From: an uncultured Rickettsiales bacterium
Lineage (GTDB): Bacteria > Myxococcota_A > UBA796 > UBA9615
Assembly (NCBI GenBank): GCA_964512225.1
Contig: CAZEKB010000030.1
Coordinates: 2,374 to 66,373 of the forward strand
Reading direction: 5' to 3'
DNA: 64,000 nt
Made by a program: the position numbers and the translations under genes. This document shows, piece after piece, positions 51,902 to 63,706 of this stretch; position 1 is the stretch's first letter, and every line of letters starts with the position of its first letter. A model generated the notes under the pieces. It had not been told where the DNA came from, did not search any database, and was given only the letters and a program-made list of their open reading frames with translations.

Positions 51902-52933
51902 TCAGATCGTCGAATACCCCTGGGGGTGCGACGTGCGCCACGCCCAGGCGGAGGCGATCATGTCTTCGAGGCTGAACCGGGACGACCAACCGAGGTCCTC
52001 GCGGGCGCGCGTCGTGTCTGCCCAAACGGCGGCGGGATCGCCCGGACGCCGCGGGCCCTCCACGGCGGGGATGTCGATCCCGGTGACCCGCCGGGCCACG
52101 TCCACCACCTCGCGGACGCTCGTCCCCTTCCCCGTCCCGACGTTGCAGACGAACATCCCGCTCGGCGACTTCGCCGTGTACTCGAGCGCGGTCGCGTGGA
52201 CCTCGGCGAGGTCGGAGATGTGCACGTAGTCGCGGATCGCGGTGCCGTCCGGCGTGGGGTAGTCCGTCCCGGCGATCACCACCGGGCCCTTGCGACCCGC
52301 GGCCGCCTCCAATACGAGGGGGACGAGGTTCTCGAGCCGCCGCGCGTGCTCCCCGAGCTTCGCCGACGGGTGGGCGCCCACGGGGTTGAAGTACCGCAGC
52401 GCGGTCACCGACCAGCCGCCCTTCGCGACGAACTCCGACAGCAGCTCCTCGCACAGGATCTTCGTGCGCCCGTACGGGCTCTCGGGCCGCAGCGGGGCGT
52501 CCTCGTCGATCGGCGAGTGGTCCGGCGTGCCGTAGACGGACGCGGACGACGAGTAGACGAGCCGCCGCACCCCGGCCGCGCGCATCGCCTCGCACAGCGT
52601 GGCCGTGCCCCCCACGTTCACCCGCCAGTAGGCCTCGGGGCGGGCCACGGAGTCGGGCACGGACTTGAGCGCCGCGAAGTGCGCGACGGCGTCGAACCGC
52701 CGCCGGCTCAGGACGTTGTGGAGGAGCCGGAGGTCGCCGACGTCCCCGACGACGAGCTCGACGTCCCGACCTCCGAGCCGCGCGGCGGCGTGCACGGCCC
52801 CCGGGTGCCCGTTGCTGAGGTCGTCGATGACGACGGCGTCCCAGCCCTGCTGGAGGAAGGCCACCACGCAGTGCGACCCGATGTAACCCGCGCCGCCGGT
52901 GACGAGAACGCGGGGTCGAAGAACGTCCGGCAT
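51902..52933 (-). CDS. galE: UDP-glucose 4-epimerase GalE (343 aa).
   Basis: Start MPDVLRPRVLVTGGAGYIGSH. Catalytic region YGRTKILCEE (YxxxK). Full-length GalE pattern. Confidence 0.9.
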   Translation of the reverse strand: MPDVLRPRVLVTGGAGYIGSHCVVAFLQQGWDAVVIDDLSNGHPGAVHAAARLGGRDVELVVGDVGDLRLLHNVLSRRRFDAVAHFAALKSVPDSVARPEAYWRVNVGGTATLCEAMRAAGVRRLVYSSSASVYGTPDHSPIDEDAPLRPESPYGRTKILCEELLSEFVAKGGWSVTALRYFNPVGAHPSAKLGEHARRLENLVPLVLEAAAGRKGPVVIAGTDYPTPDGTAIRDYVHISDLAEVHATALEYTAKSPSGMFVCNVGTGKGTSVREVVDVARRVTGIDIPAVEGPRRPGDPAAVWADTTRAREDLGWSSRFSLEDMIASAWAWRTSHPQGYSTI

Positions 52934-52946
52934 GGTCGGGGGTGTA

Positions 52947-53879
52947 TCAACGCGGCTCGTCGAAGTCGAGCGGCGCCACCGCCGCCGCCGCGACGAACCG
53001 ATGAGGATCGGGCGCGCCCGTGAGCCGGCTCCGGAGCGAGCGCGCCCACTCCCGGGGCCGCTCGGTGCGGTAGTAGTCGCGCACCCCCGGGGCGTCCACC
53101 CGCTCGCCCCCGTCGCGCCGCTCCGCCCACCAGCCGCGCACGAGGCCGCGACCCTCGGCGACGCGTCCGCCCGCGGACATGCCCGCGGCCCGGAGCAGTA
53201 CCTGCCACCCCGGCTGGTGGATGTTCCAGGCCCGCCGTCCGCGGCTCTCGGCTCCGGAGACGTCGCCTCGCGCATCCGTGGGGCGGGTGCTGTAGGCGAC
53301 GACGCGCTCGAACAGCGCCGTCTTCCAGCCCTGCACGCGGGCCCCCGCGGTCATGACGGAGTCGGGCGCCCGCGCGTGGCGGACGCCCCCGACCGCGCGG
53401 AAGCACTCCCCTCGCGCGAGGCGGAGGCCGCCGCGCGGCAGATCGATCCGCTGCCCCGACTCCAGGCGCCACGTGCCGTCGGGGTCCTGGGCGGCGAGGG
53501 CGCCGGAGACGATGCCCAGCTCCGGGTCGCTCTCCAGGGCGGCGCGCAGGGCGGACCAGTACGTGGGGCCCACCCGGATGTCGGCGTCGAGGATCCCGGC
53601 GTAGTCGGCCTGCGCGACCGCGTCGGCGGCGGCCGCGTAGCCCGCCGCGACGACGTCCGCGTAGTGGAACCCCATGTACCCGGCGCGACCCTCCAACCGC
53701 ACGACATCGAGGCAGTCGAGGTCCGCCCCGTGGGTCCGGAAGAGGTCGCCCGTGCCGTCGGTGGAGCCGTCGTCCACGACGACCCAGCGGTCGGGGCGCC
53801 ACCGCGAGCGTCGGACGCACGCGACGAGGCCCGCGACGTTGTCGGCCTCGTCGCGCGCCGGGGTCACCAGCACGAACAT
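52947..53879 (-). CDS. Family 2 glycosyltransferase (310 aa).
   Basis: Start MFVLVTPARDEADNV. Motifs VVVDDGSTDGT and ILDADI (DxD). Confidence 0.8.
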   Translation of the reverse strand: MFVLVTPARDEADNVAGLVACVRRSRWRPDRWVVVDDGSTDGTGDLFRTHGADLDCLDVVRLEGRAGYMGFHYADVVAAGYAAAADAVAQADYAGILDADIRVGPTYWSALRAALESDPELGIVSGALAAQDPDGTWRLESGQRIDLPRGGLRLARGECFRAVGGVRHARAPDSVMTAGARVQGWKTALFERVVAYSTRPTDARGDVSGAESRGRRAWNIHQPGWQVLLRAAGMSAGGRVAEGRGLVRGWWAERRDGGERVDAPGVRDYYRTERPREWARSLRSRLTGAPDPHRFVAAAAVAPLDFDEPR

Positions 53880-53886
53880 CGGGGGG

Positions 53887-54207
53887 TCAGGTCTCGAGGC
53901 GGTAGATGAAGGCGCAGGGGAGCTGCACGGTGCGCTTGCCGCCGCCGGGGGCGGGGGCGTCGACGAGCAGCGGGCGCCAGGCCATCGCCCAGGAGCCGTC
54001 GGCGCGCTCCTTGATGGCGGCGAGGTCGGCCTCGTCGTCGCCGGTGAGGTCGTGGCGGAACCAGTCGATCCGGCAGGTGAAGCACGTGCGGACGTCCGTG
54101 TCATCGGGGACGGTGTTGTCGGCGCCGCACCCGGGGCAGTGCACGTGCGGGATGCCCCAGTGGCGCGCGCGGGCGATGAAGCGGCGGGCGATGCGTCGAG
54201 GCCTCAC
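53887..54207 (-). CDS. Small Cys4 zinc-ribbon protein (about 106 aa), translationally coupled to the upstream methyltransferase.
   Basis: The GTG start overlaps the methyltransferase TGA (GTGA). A strong Shine-Dalgarno sequence GAGGAGG lies 7 nt upstream. Cys motifs HCPGCG...(x17)...CFTC. Protein-like tail. Moderate support only. Confidence 0.45.
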   Translation of the reverse strand: MRPRRIARRFIARARHWGIPHVHCPGCGADNTVPDDTDVRTCFTCRIDWFRHDLTGDDEADLAAIKERADGSWAMAWRPLLVDAPAPGGGKRTVQLPCAFIYRLET

Positions 54208-55022
54208 GGGCTCACCTCCTCGCCGGACGGGGCCGCGACGCCCTTCTCGTTCCATCGACGTCGGGAGACGGCGGCCTTCTGGTCGGCGGTGCGCTGCAGG
54301 TTCTTCTCCTCGTGGCGACGCTTGCGGGCGGCCTCGAGGTCCCACCCCAGCGACAGCGCGATGAAGCGGCTGCCCACGGGCAGGCTCGAGGCGAGCTGCA
54401 CGCTGCGGAAGCCCTCGGGCAGGCGGGCTCGGACGAAGTCGCCGAGATCCGAGTCCAGGTCGATCGAGATGACCATGCGGCCGCGCTCTCCGAGCCACCG
54501 CGGGAGCGCCTCGAGGACCGGCGCCACCCCCGCGAAGCCCCGGCCCGCGGCCTGCCCCGGACGCGCCGGGTCGGCGGGGTCCACCGGTCGCTGGGGAGCG
54601 TTCCACCAGATCTGGTCGAAGGACTCGTCCCCCACCACGTCGACCACGTCCCCCACGCGGAACTCGACCCGGTCCTCGAGGCACCCCGCCGCGACGTTGG
54701 CCCGCGCCGCGTCCACGGCCGCGGGGTCCACGTCCACCGCCACCACGTCGGCGCCCCGCGAGGCGGCGACGAGCGCGCCCAGGCCGCAGCCGGTGCCGAG
54801 GTCGAGGATGCGATGTCCCGGCGCCACCATGGGCCCCACCGTCCGGTAGAGGAAGCTCGAGCTCCCGTCGGCCTTCGGGTGGTGTACGCCCGGGGGGACT
54901 TCGAGGGGGTGACCGAGCACCTCCAGCCGGTCGTGGCGGCGCAGCCGTCGACCCCATAGAGCGCGGGTGAGACCGTGCCTCAGCGCGGCCCTGACGCGGC
55001 CTTGGAGGAGGGAGGCGAGCAC
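54204..55022 (-). CDS. Class I SAM-dependent methyltransferase (small-domain, RsmC/PrmC-like), 272 aa.
   Basis: ORF 54204..55022. Motif I ILDLGTGCGLGALVAA, preceded by LEVPPGVHHP. Post-motif IWWNAPQRP at the position of the usual NPPY-type motif. Confidence 0.75.
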   Translation of the reverse strand: MLASLLQGRVRAALRHGLTRALWGRRLRRHDRLEVLGHPLEVPPGVHHPKADGSSSFLYRTVGPMVAPGHRILDLGTGCGLGALVAASRGADVVAVDVDPAAVDAARANVAAGCLEDRVEFRVGDVVDVVGDESFDQIWWNAPQRPVDPADPARPGQAAGRGFAGVAPVLEALPRWLGERGRMVISIDLDSDLGDFVRARLPEGFRSVQLASSLPVGSRFIALSLGWDLEAARKRRHEEKNLQRTADQKAAVSRRRWNEKGVAAPSGEEVSP

Positions 55023-55186
55023 GGCCGGATGGTAGCACCGGCCCCCCGGGATCGCTCCGGCCGCCCCACCGGGCCGATGCGGTGGGCTATCATCTTCAGC
55101 CCGCCCCCGGGGAGGCCTGCAGGGGAGAGCAGGGGGGGGCTGAAATCGAGGAGGACACTCCTCGTGGTATGGAGCGAGGAGCGTTC

Positions 55187-57466
55187 ATGGCCGGCGAACA
55201 GCAACTCTGGGGTGCCCTGGTCAAGGGCTTGACGAAGAAGATCGAAGTCCCGAAGTTCGCGGGACCCCCGGGGTCGGCCCCCACCGCCCGAGCCCCCACC
55301 GCCCCCGCCGCCCCCGCGCGGCGCAGCCCCCCGGGCCGAGGCCGATCCGGCCGTCGCTCCTCCGACGCTGCCGCCGAGACCGGCACGTACGGCGCAGGCA
55401 CGGGCACCTACGCGGCGGCGAGCATGGCCCAGGGCGGCGACGACCGCCCCTCCACCCCCGACGAAGCCGTCCGCGCCATCGCCGAGCACCTCGGGGACGT
55501 GCCCCGCTACACCGTGGACGAGTACCTCGATCGGCACGGCGGAGCCGACGGCCCGGTGGCCGCGCGCCTGACCGCGATGGGGCTGGTGCCCGAGGGGACG
55601 GGCGGAGGCCGCGACTTCTGGTGGCAGGCCATCCAGGCGCACGGCGTGCCGGTGCTCGTGCTCGGAGAGATCCTCCGGTCGGCTCCGGGCATCCCCCAGA
55701 CGTCGGTGGACCGAGGGCCTCTGTTCGACTTCCTGCTCGAGAGCGAGGTCGCGGGCTACCGCGCCGTCAAGGAGGCGGGCCAGGTCTCCCTCCGCACCGC
55801 CACCCGCATCGTCGACGTGCTGGTGGAAGAGGGCGCGATCACCGAAGACGCGGGCGTGGACATCCTGTCTCGCTTCTACGGGATCAACGCGCTCCCCGAG
55901 GGCGGGAACTGGGACCCCGACCTCACGATGGCGTCGACCATCACGCCCGAGCTCTCGGGCGCGTTCCAGCTCCTCCCGCTGGTGGACGCCCAGCACACCG
56001 GCGGTCTCACCCTGCTCGTCGTATCCCACCCGGGCCCGATGGTCCTGGAGGCCGTCGCCCAGATGACCGGCCGCGACGTGGCGCTGTTCATCACCAGCCC
56101 GTCTCGCTTCGAGGAGGCCCGCGCCGACTGGACCACCCGCGCCGCCAAGGCCCGCACGGCCCGCGACCGCAAGGGCCGCGGCCGAGGCCGCAGGAAGAAG
56201 AAGGACGCCGGCTTCCGGCTCGACCAGGACCCGTTCGCGGGCATGACGAGCCCTCCCGAGGTCGCGCGGCTGCTCCTCGAGCGCGCCACCGGCATCAACG
56301 CCACGGACATCCACCTCGAGCCCCAGTCGGACGGCCTCCGCATCCGGTTCCGGCTCGACGGCATCCTCCACGAGGTCAGCCGCCTGCGCTCCGGGCTCGG
56401 CGAGGAGGTGCTCTCCCGCGTCAAGGTGATGGCCGACATGGACATCACCGAGCGGCGGAAGTCCCAGGACGGCCACATCCACCTCGAGCTGAACGGCGAC
56501 CCCTACGACTTCCGCATCGGCACCGTCCCCACGTCGCGGGGCGAGCGGATGGCCATCCGCATCACCGCGGGCAGCAAGGAGGTGCCCACGCTGGACATGC
56601 TCGGGCTCGACGAGGCCGACGAGGAGATGATGCGGGACTTCACGCATCGCTCCCACGGCATCGTGCTCGCGTGCGGTCCGGTCGGCTCGGGCAAGACGAC
56701 CACGCTGTACGCGTCGATCGGCGAGATCGACTCGTCCCAGAAGAACATCATGACGATCGAGGACCCGGTCGAGATCGAGCTGCCCGACGTCTCCCAGGTC
56801 CCCGTGAACTACAAGCTCGGGGTCGACTTCGGTCGCGGCCTCCGGTCCCTGCTCCGCCAGGACCCGAACATCATCCTCGTGGGCGAGGTCCGGGACGAAG
56901 AGACGGCCAAGGTCGCCATCCGCGCGTCCCTCACGGGCCTGCTCGTGTACTCGACGATCCACGCCAACTCGGCGCCGGGCGCGGTCACGACGCTCTACAA
57001 CTTCAACATCCCGCCCTTCCTGCTCGCGAGCACGGTCGTCGGGGTGGTCGCCCAGCGCCTGATGCGGACGATCTGCCCCGCCTGCCGGGCCCCGTTCGAG
57101 CCCGACCCCGCCCTCGTGCAGCAGGCCGGCCTGCCCGCGCCCGGGAGCCCCATCGGGGGCGAAGAAGAAGAGGGCGAGAAGAAGAAGACCAAGGGCAAGA
57201 AGAAGAAGGTCCCCGTCGTCGAGTACTGGCACGGTCGGGGCTGCGATGCCTGCTACGGCACCGGCTACTCCGGGCGCGCGGGCATCTTCGAGATTCTCAA
57301 CGCGACGCAGGCCATGCGGCTGGCGATCAGCGAGCGCGCCCCCGAGTCCGAGATCCGTCGCATGGCGGTCGAGGGCGGGATGCGCACACTCGCGGACGCC
57401 GGGCGCGCGAAGGTGCTCGAGGGTGTCACGACCGTCGAAGAGTTCATTCGCGTCCTGTATCAGTAG
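55187..57466 (+). CDS. GspE/PilB-family secretion ATPase with a ~250-aa N-terminal extension and a Lys/Glu-rich insertion in the C-terminal zinc-binding motif.
   Basis: Walker A ACGPVGSGKTTT, Asp box, and His box TIHANSA. The tetracysteine motif reads CPACR ... GGEEEEGEKKKTKGKKKKVPVV ... CDACYG. ATG at 55187 with the Shine-Dalgarno sequence GAGGAG 5 nt upstream; an alternative ATG lies at 55169. Confidence 0.9.
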   Translation: MAGEQQLWGALVKGLTKKIEVPKFAGPPGSAPTARAPTAPAAPARRSPPGRGRSGRRSSDAAAETGTYGAGTGTYAAASMAQGGDDRPSTPDEAVRAIAEHLGDVPRYTVDEYLDRHGGADGPVAARLTAMGLVPEGTGGGRDFWWQAIQAHGVPVLVLGEILRSAPGIPQTSVDRGPLFDFLLESEVAGYRAVKEAGQVSLRTATRIVDVLVEEGAITEDAGVDILSRFYGINALPEGGNWDPDLTMASTITPELSGAFQLLPLVDAQHTGGLTLLVVSHPGPMVLEAVAQMTGRDVALFITSPSRFEEARADWTTRAAKARTARDRKGRGRGRRKKKDAGFRLDQDPFAGMTSPPEVARLLLERATGINATDIHLEPQSDGLRIRFRLDGILHEVSRLRSGLGEEVLSRVKVMADMDITERRKSQDGHIHLELNGDPYDFRIGTVPTSRGERMAIRITAGSKEVPTLDMLGLDEADEEMMRDFTHRSHGIVLACGPVGSGKTTTLYASIGEIDSSQKNIMTIEDPVEIELPDVSQVPVNYKLGVDFGRGLRSLLRQDPNIILVGEVRDEETAKVAIRASLTGLLVYSTIHANSAPGAVTTLYNFNIPPFLLASTVVGVVAQRLMRTICPACRAPFEPDPALVQQAGLPAPGSPIGGEEEEGEKKKTKGKKKKVPVVEYWHGRGCDACYGTGYSGRAGIFEILNATQAMRLAISERAPESEIRRMAVEGGMRTLADAGRAKVLEGVTTVEEFIRVLYQ

Positions 57467-57493
57467 AAGCATTCCTGAGGAGGAGAAACGAAG

Positions 57494-58615
57494 ATGGCCA
57501 CCAACCAGCCCGCCACGACCGAGGCCGAAGCACCCGCAGAGAGCAGCGGCATGTTCCAGCGGACCATCCCCAAGCGGGAGGTCGCGGACTTCTGCCGACA
57601 GCTGGCGGTCCTGCTCGATGCCGGGATCCCCATGGTGCGAGCCCTCAAGATCCTCGGCCGACGACGGGGCAGCCCCCAGACGATGGCGATGGTCCAGGGC
57701 GTCACCTCGGACGTCGAGTCGGGCGCGGCCTTCTCCACGGCGCTGCGCACCCGCGGCCCGGGGCTGCCCGGTGTCGTGGTGCCCCTCGCCCGCGCGGGTG
57801 AGAAGGCGGGCGAGCTGAGCCGCAACCTCCGGCACCTGGCAGAGACGCTCGAGCACGACGTGGAGGTCGCCGACAAGGTCCGGGCGGCGCTGATCTTCCC
57901 GCTCTTCACGCTCGTCTTCACCGCCTTCGTGGTGGTGGCGATGCTCCTGTGGATCGCGCCGCTGTTCGCGCAGACGCTGGACCAGATCGACGGCATGAAC
58001 ATGGCCGACATGCCGTGGATCAGCCGCGTCGTGTTCAACCTGAGCGACGCGATGCAGTCGGGCACGGTCAAGGTGCTCCTGGTCGTCGTGTTCATCGGCG
58101 GCACGTTCCTGCTCTACCGCGCCGCGACCCACCGGTCGTACCTCCTCGACTTCATGAAGATCCGGCTGCCGATGCTCGGCTACATGGTCACGATGGGCGC
58201 CATGGCGCGCTTCGCCCAGACGCTCTCGGCGCTCCTGCGCACGGGCGTCCCGGTCCTGGAGAGCCTCCGCCTGTCCCGCGCGACGGTCGACAACATGGCC
58301 CTCGAGCAGGCGATCGTGGCCATGGAGACCAGCGTCGAGAACGGCGGCCGCATGAGCACGCCCCTGGAGGAGTTCTGGTACATCCCGGAGATGGCCCGCG
58401 ACATGCTCGTCATCGGCGAGGAGTCCGGGAGCATGGCCGAGATGCTCGAGAACCTCGCGGACGTCTTCCGCGCCGAGGTCGACCGCCTCCAGCGGCGGCT
58501 GATCGCGCTGATTCAGCCCGTGATGACGATGGTGCTCGGCGTCGTGGTGCTCGGCGTCCTGATCTCGATGTTCCTGCCGTACATCACCGTCCTGACCGGC
58601 GGCACCTTCAACTAG
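57494..58615 (+). CDS. GspF/PilC-family inner-membrane platform protein (373 aa).
   Basis: Strong Shine-Dalgarno sequence GAGGAGGAG. T2SS-F domain (FSTALRTRG...GEKAGELSRNLRHLAETLE) with three transmembrane segments. Confidence 0.85.
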   Translation: MATNQPATTEAEAPAESSGMFQRTIPKREVADFCRQLAVLLDAGIPMVRALKILGRRRGSPQTMAMVQGVTSDVESGAAFSTALRTRGPGLPGVVVPLARAGEKAGELSRNLRHLAETLEHDVEVADKVRAALIFPLFTLVFTAFVVVAMLLWIAPLFAQTLDQIDGMNMADMPWISRVVFNLSDAMQSGTVKVLLVVVFIGGTFLLYRAATHRSYLLDFMKIRLPMLGYMVTMGAMARFAQTLSALLRTGVPVLESLRLSRATVDNMALEQAIVAMETSVENGGRMSTPLEEFWYIPEMARDMLVIGEESGSMAEMLENLADVFRAEVDRLQRRLIALIQPVMTMVLGVVVLGVLISMFLPYITVLTGGTFN

Positions 58616-59891
58616 CCGACTCGTCCCCCGCCTGCTCGAGGCGGATCGCCCGGATCGACGTCCAGGAGCTCGTCTCCTCGGCGTCGCGTTCCGCGTCGCC
58701 CACGTCCGCGTCCGTGAGGGCGGGCATCGTCAGGCTGATCGCGTCGGCGGGCTCCGTGGGGTCGTCGGCCGCGCCCGCGGGGAGCGGACGCCGACGGCTC
58801 TCCACCAGCTCGCCGTCGCGCACGAGGTGGGTGAACAGGTCGGGCTCGTCGTCGCGCCCGAACAGGTCGAAGTCGATCGCGCTCGCCGCCAGCGCCTGCA
58901 GCGTCTGCTCCCGGCCCTCCTCCAGGCGGCGCTCCAGCGCCGAGGCCGTGAAGTCGTAGGGACCCCACACGCTGAGCTCCGGGTCCTCGCTCGCCACGAG
59001 GTGCACGACCCCCACCGGAGCCGTGGGCGGCCCCTCCCCCGCCGACGTGCCGTCGGGTGCGCGCAGCGGGTCCGCGGTGCCCGACCAGGCCCGGGAGAAG
59101 AAGAGCTGCAGGGCCGCCTGCATCCGGCCCGCGTAGTCGATCTCGCCGCGCCGACCGACCGCGTCCAGGAACGTGCGGGGGGCTCGCCGCGACTGGGACC
59201 CGAGGTCGACCAGGAGCACCACCACCCGCCGGCCCCGCTGCCTGCGCAGGCACGTGTCGAGGACGTGCTGCAGGGGGGTCTCCGCCACGATGCCCCCGTC
59301 CCAATAGAGGCGGTCGTCGATGCGCACGGAGGGCGCCCCCGGCGGCGACGACGCGCTCGCCACCACGTGCTCGACGGTGACCGGGCCGGTGCGGTCGTCG
59401 AAGAACCGCAGCGAAGCCGCCTCGACGTCGACGGCCCCCACGCTCATCGCGGGCTCCCCGGCCCCCAGGCGATCGAAGTCGACGTGCTTGGCGAGCGTCG
59501 CGCGCAGCGGGTCCAGCGAGTACAGGCTCGTCGCGGCCGCGCTCCCGGGCGGCGCGAGCCCGAGCGGGGGGGGCCGGAGCTCGTAGAACCCGCGCCGCCC
59601 GAACGCGGACGCGCCCGTCATCGCCAGGCGGCCGAAGGTGGACCAGGGCGCGGGGAGCAGCCCGGGATCCAGCACGGAGCGGAACCCGAGCCACAGGGAC
59701 CGGAGCTCGGCCTCGCGCGCTTCAGGAGGGTTGCCCGCGATGACGGCGGCGTTGAGGGCGCCCGACGAGACTCCGACCACCCAGTCCACGGGCACGTCGC
59801 GCTCCTGCAGCGCGGCGTACACCCCGGCCTGGTAAGCGGCGCGCGCGCCCCCGCCTTGGAGGACCAGCACGACGTACGGACGTTCGGTCAA
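58608..59891 (-). CDS. Patatin-like phospholipase (427 aa).
   Basis: Glycine-rich motif VLQGGGARAAYQAGV. Nucleophile elbow GVSSGALNA (GxSxG). Catalytic Asp region DGG. Confidence 0.85.
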   Translation of the reverse strand: MTERPYVVLVLQGGGARAAYQAGVYAALQERDVPVDWVVGVSSGALNAAVIAGNPPEAREAELRSLWLGFRSVLDPGLLPAPWSTFGRLAMTGASAFGRRGFYELRPPPLGLAPPGSAAATSLYSLDPLRATLAKHVDFDRLGAGEPAMSVGAVDVEAASLRFFDDRTGPVTVEHVVASASSPPGAPSVRIDDRLYWDGGIVAETPLQHVLDTCLRRQRGRRVVVLLVDLGSQSRRAPRTFLDAVGRRGEIDYAGRMQAALQLFFSRAWSGTADPLRAPDGTSAGEGPPTAPVGVVHLVASEDPELSVWGPYDFTASALERRLEEGREQTLQALAASAIDFDLFGRDDEPDLFTHLVRDGELVESRRRPLPAGAADDPTEPADAISLTMPALTDADVGDAERDAEETSSWTSIRAIRLEQAGDESAS

Positions 59892-59919
59892 GGACGCCTC
59901 CCCTCGCGGGGGACTCTAA

Positions 59920-62307
<2,388 letters not shown>

Positions 62308-62391
62308 GAAGCCCTCATGGGGGTTTGCCCCCGGGAACGGGGGACGGGGGGCGAATACTAAAGGACGCGTGGACTCGCCGCGACCGAGCCC

Positions 62392-62544
62392 CTAATCCAG
62401 GTCCTGGTCCGGGTCGTCCGTGCGGCTCAGATGCGAGTCGTCGCCCTTGTGGCCGAACGTCAGATTGCAGAGACCCACCACGATCGCGGTGGTGCCGAGG
62501 AACACGATCAGCTCCTGCAGGCTCCATCCTTCGAGCCAGATCAC
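62392..62544 (-). CDS. Possible 50-aa single-helix membrane peptide, translationally coupled to the CoA-transferase gene.
   Basis: The GTG start overlaps the upstream TGA (GTGA). The sequence VIWLEGWSLQELIVFLGTTAIVVGLCNLTFGHKGDDSHLSRTDDPDQDLD has one hydrophobic helix and an acidic tail. It lies in-frame inside the artefactual ORF 62392..63675. Confidence 0.3.
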   Translation of the reverse strand: MIWLEGWSLQELIVFLGTTAIVVGLCNLTFGHKGDDSHLSRTDDPDQDLD

Positions 62545-63692
62545 CGAACCACCCCCGCGCTGCGGAGGGCGGCGACCGCGTCGGGCCCGCGACCGATCTC
62601 GGCGAGGACCTCGTTCGTGTGTTCGCCTTGGGTGGGCGCGGGTCGCTCGGGCGCCGGTCCGAACGGCGACTCCACCCACGTCGCGCCCCCGGAGCGACCC
62701 CGGAGCCCCCGGGCGTCGATGTGCGGGTGTTCGCCGGCCTCGGCGGGCGTGAGGACGGGGGTGACGCAGCAGTCCGCGTCGCCGAGGGCGTCGGTCCACT
62801 CGGCGAGGGTCCGCTCGGCGACGGTCGCGGCCACGTCGGCGTGCAGCGCCGTCTGGCGCTCGCCGGGGTACGGGGGCGCCCCGGCCCACTCGGGGTGCCC
62901 GGCGATCTCGGCGAAGCGGGCGAAGAACTTCGGCTCCAGGGCGCCCACGGCGAGCGTGCGCCCGTCCCTCGTGGCGAAGGTGTCGTAGCAGGCGAGCCCA
63001 CCGGTGAGCAGCGCCCGGCCGCGCTCGTACGGATCCACGGTCCAGCCCGACGTGAACGGCGCGGCCATCACGCCCACCGCGTCCGCCATCGCGATGTCGA
63101 GGTGGGCACCCTCCCCGGTCGCGTGGCGCCGCAGCAGCGCCCCGAGGATCGCCGTCACGGAGGCCCAGGACCCGGCGAGATCGGCCATCGGGATCGCGGT
63201 CATGTTGGCTTTGCGCCCCGCCTCGCCCTGGAGGTAGAGGCCGCCGACGAGCGCCTGGTAGTTCATGTCGTGGCCCGCGGCGGGCGCGAGCGGCCCGGTC
63301 TGCCCATACCCGGTGAGGCTGCACAGGACCACGTCCGGCTTCACGGCGCGCAGCGCGTCGTAGCCGATGCCGAGGCGGTCGATGACGCCGGGCCGGAACT
63401 GCTCGAATACGACGTCGCTGGTCGCCGCGAGGTCGAGGACGATCGCGCGCCCCTCCTCCGTCTTGAGATCGACGGCGATCGACCGCTTCCCGCGGTTGAC
63501 CACGTGGTGCATGGCCGACGCCGCGCCGATCATCGGAGGCATGAAGCGCGCGTAGTCGCCGGGCCCGGTGTCCTCGACCTTGATCACCTCGGCGCCCATG
63601 GTCACGAGGAGCCAGGACGCGAACGGACCCGGCAGCAGGCGCGTGAGATCGAGGATGCGGACGCCGTCGAGGCACGGCTGGGGCAGCGGCAT
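62541..63692 (-). CDS. Family III CoA-transferase (CaiB/BaiF/Frc-like), 383 aa.
   Basis: The start MPLPQPCLDGVRILDLTRLLPGPFASWLLVTMGAEVIKVE lies inside ORF 62541..63896. Classic CoA-transferase III N-terminus and size. Confidence 0.85.
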   Translation of the reverse strand: MPLPQPCLDGVRILDLTRLLPGPFASWLLVTMGAEVIKVEDTGPGDYARFMPPMIGAASAMHHVVNRGKRSIAVDLKTEEGRAIVLDLAATSDVVFEQFRPGVIDRLGIGYDALRAVKPDVVLCSLTGYGQTGPLAPAAGHDMNYQALVGGLYLQGEAGRKANMTAIPMADLAGSWASVTAILGALLRRHATGEGAHLDIAMADAVGVMAAPFTSGWTVDPYERGRALLTGGLACYDTFATRDGRTLAVGALEPKFFARFAEIAGHPEWAGAPPYPGERQTALHADVAATVAERTLAEWTDALGDADCCVTPVLTPAEAGEHPHIDARGLRGRSGGATWVESPFGPAPERPAPTQGEHTNEVLAEIGRGPDAVAALRSAGVVR

Positions 63693-63706
63693 CCGCGGAT
63701 AGTACG

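Noticed and set aside
62308-62391. Sigma-32-like heat-shock promoter upstream of lon (CCCCCATGA resembling the CCCCATnT -10)
   Set aside because: The putative -10 sits only about 12 nt from the start codon and there is no CTTGAAA-like -35 at the proper spacing. This is probably a chance match in GC-rich sequence.
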